IMG/VR virus record: IMGVR_UViG_2585427731_000003
DNA length: 7,546 nucleotides
Source: a virus
Lineage: Duplodnaviria > Heunggongvirae > Uroviricota > Caudoviricetes
Strand: one strand, 5' to 3'
The position numbers and the translations under genes were made by a program. Positions 6,699 through 7,546 of the stretch are shown here, one piece after another. The notes below the pieces were generated by a model. That model saw nothing but the letters and a program-made list of their open reading frames with translations, was not told the origin of the DNA and searched no databases. The stretch's first letter is position 1; the number at the start of each line of letters is the position of its first letter.

Positions 6699-7546
6699 TG
6701 CCACTGCTGGATAAGCTGCGTGAGCAGTACGGGGTCGGACCGCTATGCAGCGAACTGCATATTGCCCCGTCAACGTATTACCACTGTCAGCAACAGCGAC
6801 ATCATCCGGATAAACGCAGTGCCCGTGCGCAGCGCGATGACTGGCTGAAGAAAGAGATACAGCGCGTATACGATGAAAATCACAAGGTATACGGTGTGCG
6901 TAAAGTCTGGCGTCAGTTGTTACGGGAAGGTATCAGAGTGGCCAGATGCACTGTGGCACGTCTCATGGCGGTTATGGGACTTGCCGGTGTTCTCCGGGGT
7001 AAAAAGGTCCGTACGACCATCAGCCGGAAAGCCGTTGCCGCAGGCGACCGCGTAAACCGTCAGTTCGTGGCAGAACGACCTGACCAGCTGTGGGTGGCTG
7101 ATTTTACTTACGTCAGCACATGGCGGGGCTTCGTCTATGTGGCGTTCATCATTGATGTGTTTGCCGGATACATCGTGGGGTGGCGGGTCTCATCGTCCAT
7201 GGAGACGACATTCGTGCTGGATGCACTGGAGCAGGCGTTATGGGCCCGTCGACCGTCCGGCACGGTCCATCACAGTGATAAAGGTTCTCAGTATGTATCG
7301 CTGGCCTACACACAGCGGCTTAAGGAAGCCGGATTACTGGCATCAACAGGAAGTACAGGCGACTCGTATGACAACGCGATGGCGGAGAGCATCAATGGTC
7401 TTTACAAAGCGGAGGTAATACACCGTAAGAGCTGGAAAAACCGTGCAGAAGTGGAACTGGCCACACTCACGTGGGTGGACTGGTATAACAATCGACGATT
7501 GCTGGAAAGGCTGGGCCATACTCCTCCGGCAGAAGCAGAAAAAGCT
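6695..7546 (+). CDS. IS3-family (IS629-like) transposase OrfB, DDE/rve catalytic domain; 3'-partial (runs off the window)
   Basis: I translated this frame by hand from 6695: [284 protein letters not shown]. No stop occurs before 7546. D (LWVADFTY), D (HHSDKGSQY) and E ([10 protein letters not shown]) are spaced as in retroviral-integrase-type transposases. It is absent from the ORF track, presumably because it has no stop within the window. Confidence 0.8.
   Translation, partial: MMPLLDKLREQYGVGPLCSELHIAPSTYYHCQQQRHHPDKRSARAQRDDWLKKEIQRVYDENHKVYGVRKVWRQLLREGIRVARCTVARLMAVMGLAGVLRGKKVRTTISRKAVAAGDRVNRQFVAERPDQLWVADFTYVSTWRGFVYVAFIIDVFAGYIVGWRVSSSMETTFVLDALEQALWARRPSGTVHHSDKGSQYVSLAYTQRLKEAGLLASTGSTGDSYDNAMAESINGLYKAEVIHRKSWKNRAEVELATLTWVDWYNNRRLLERLGHTPPAEAEKA

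Larger units (their letters stand above)
6318..7546 (+). mobile_element. IS3-family insertion sequence, most likely IS629 (IS1203/IS3411 group); left end at 6318, right end beyond the window
   Basis: TGAACCGCCCCGGGAATCCTGGAGA at 6318 has the TG... terminus typical of IS3-family ends, followed by orfA ([23 protein letters not shown]...) and a -1 frame orfB with a DDE core. This matches IS629 as I recall it. A full ~1310-bp element would end roughly 80 bp past the window. Confidence 0.75.

Noticed and set aside
6453-7418. ORFs 6453..6773 (-), 6873..7055 (+), 7137..7418 (+) inside the IS629-like element
   Set aside because: Antisense or off-frame relative to orfA and orfB, which carry the recognisable transposase motifs.
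1-7546. CRISPR arrays, tRNA/rRNA genes, integrase or attachment sites
   Set aside because: I found no regularly spaced direct repeats, no cloverleaf-compatible tRNA-like segments and no integrase-like ORF in the window. A prophage attachment site may lie beyond the IS2, outside the window.

Overview
This window looks like the distal end of a P22-like (podovirus) prophage structural module, on the minus strand, invaded by two IS3-family insertion sequences. Positions 1-1331 are a complete IS2 with both terminal inverted repeats and the insC/insD frameshifted transposase. Positions 6318-7546 are the left end and most of an IS629-like element that runs off the window. Between them, right to left on the minus strand, lie: the 3' part of a gene cut by the IS629-like insertion (probable ejection protein), a translationally coupled 665-aa gene (probable ejection/DNA-transfer protein), an AT-rich spacer containing a striking palindrome, and a tailspike gene. 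The tailspike N-terminus matches the P22 gp9 head-binding domain as I recall it; the remaining ~500 aa are much more AT-rich and unfamiliar to me. I see no CRISPR array, tRNA or rRNA. I do not see a clearly novel multi-gene system; the most interesting object is the tailspike's divergent receptor-binding domain, plus the IS-mediated decay of the prophage. All homology statements are from memory and from reading the sequence; no database search was run.
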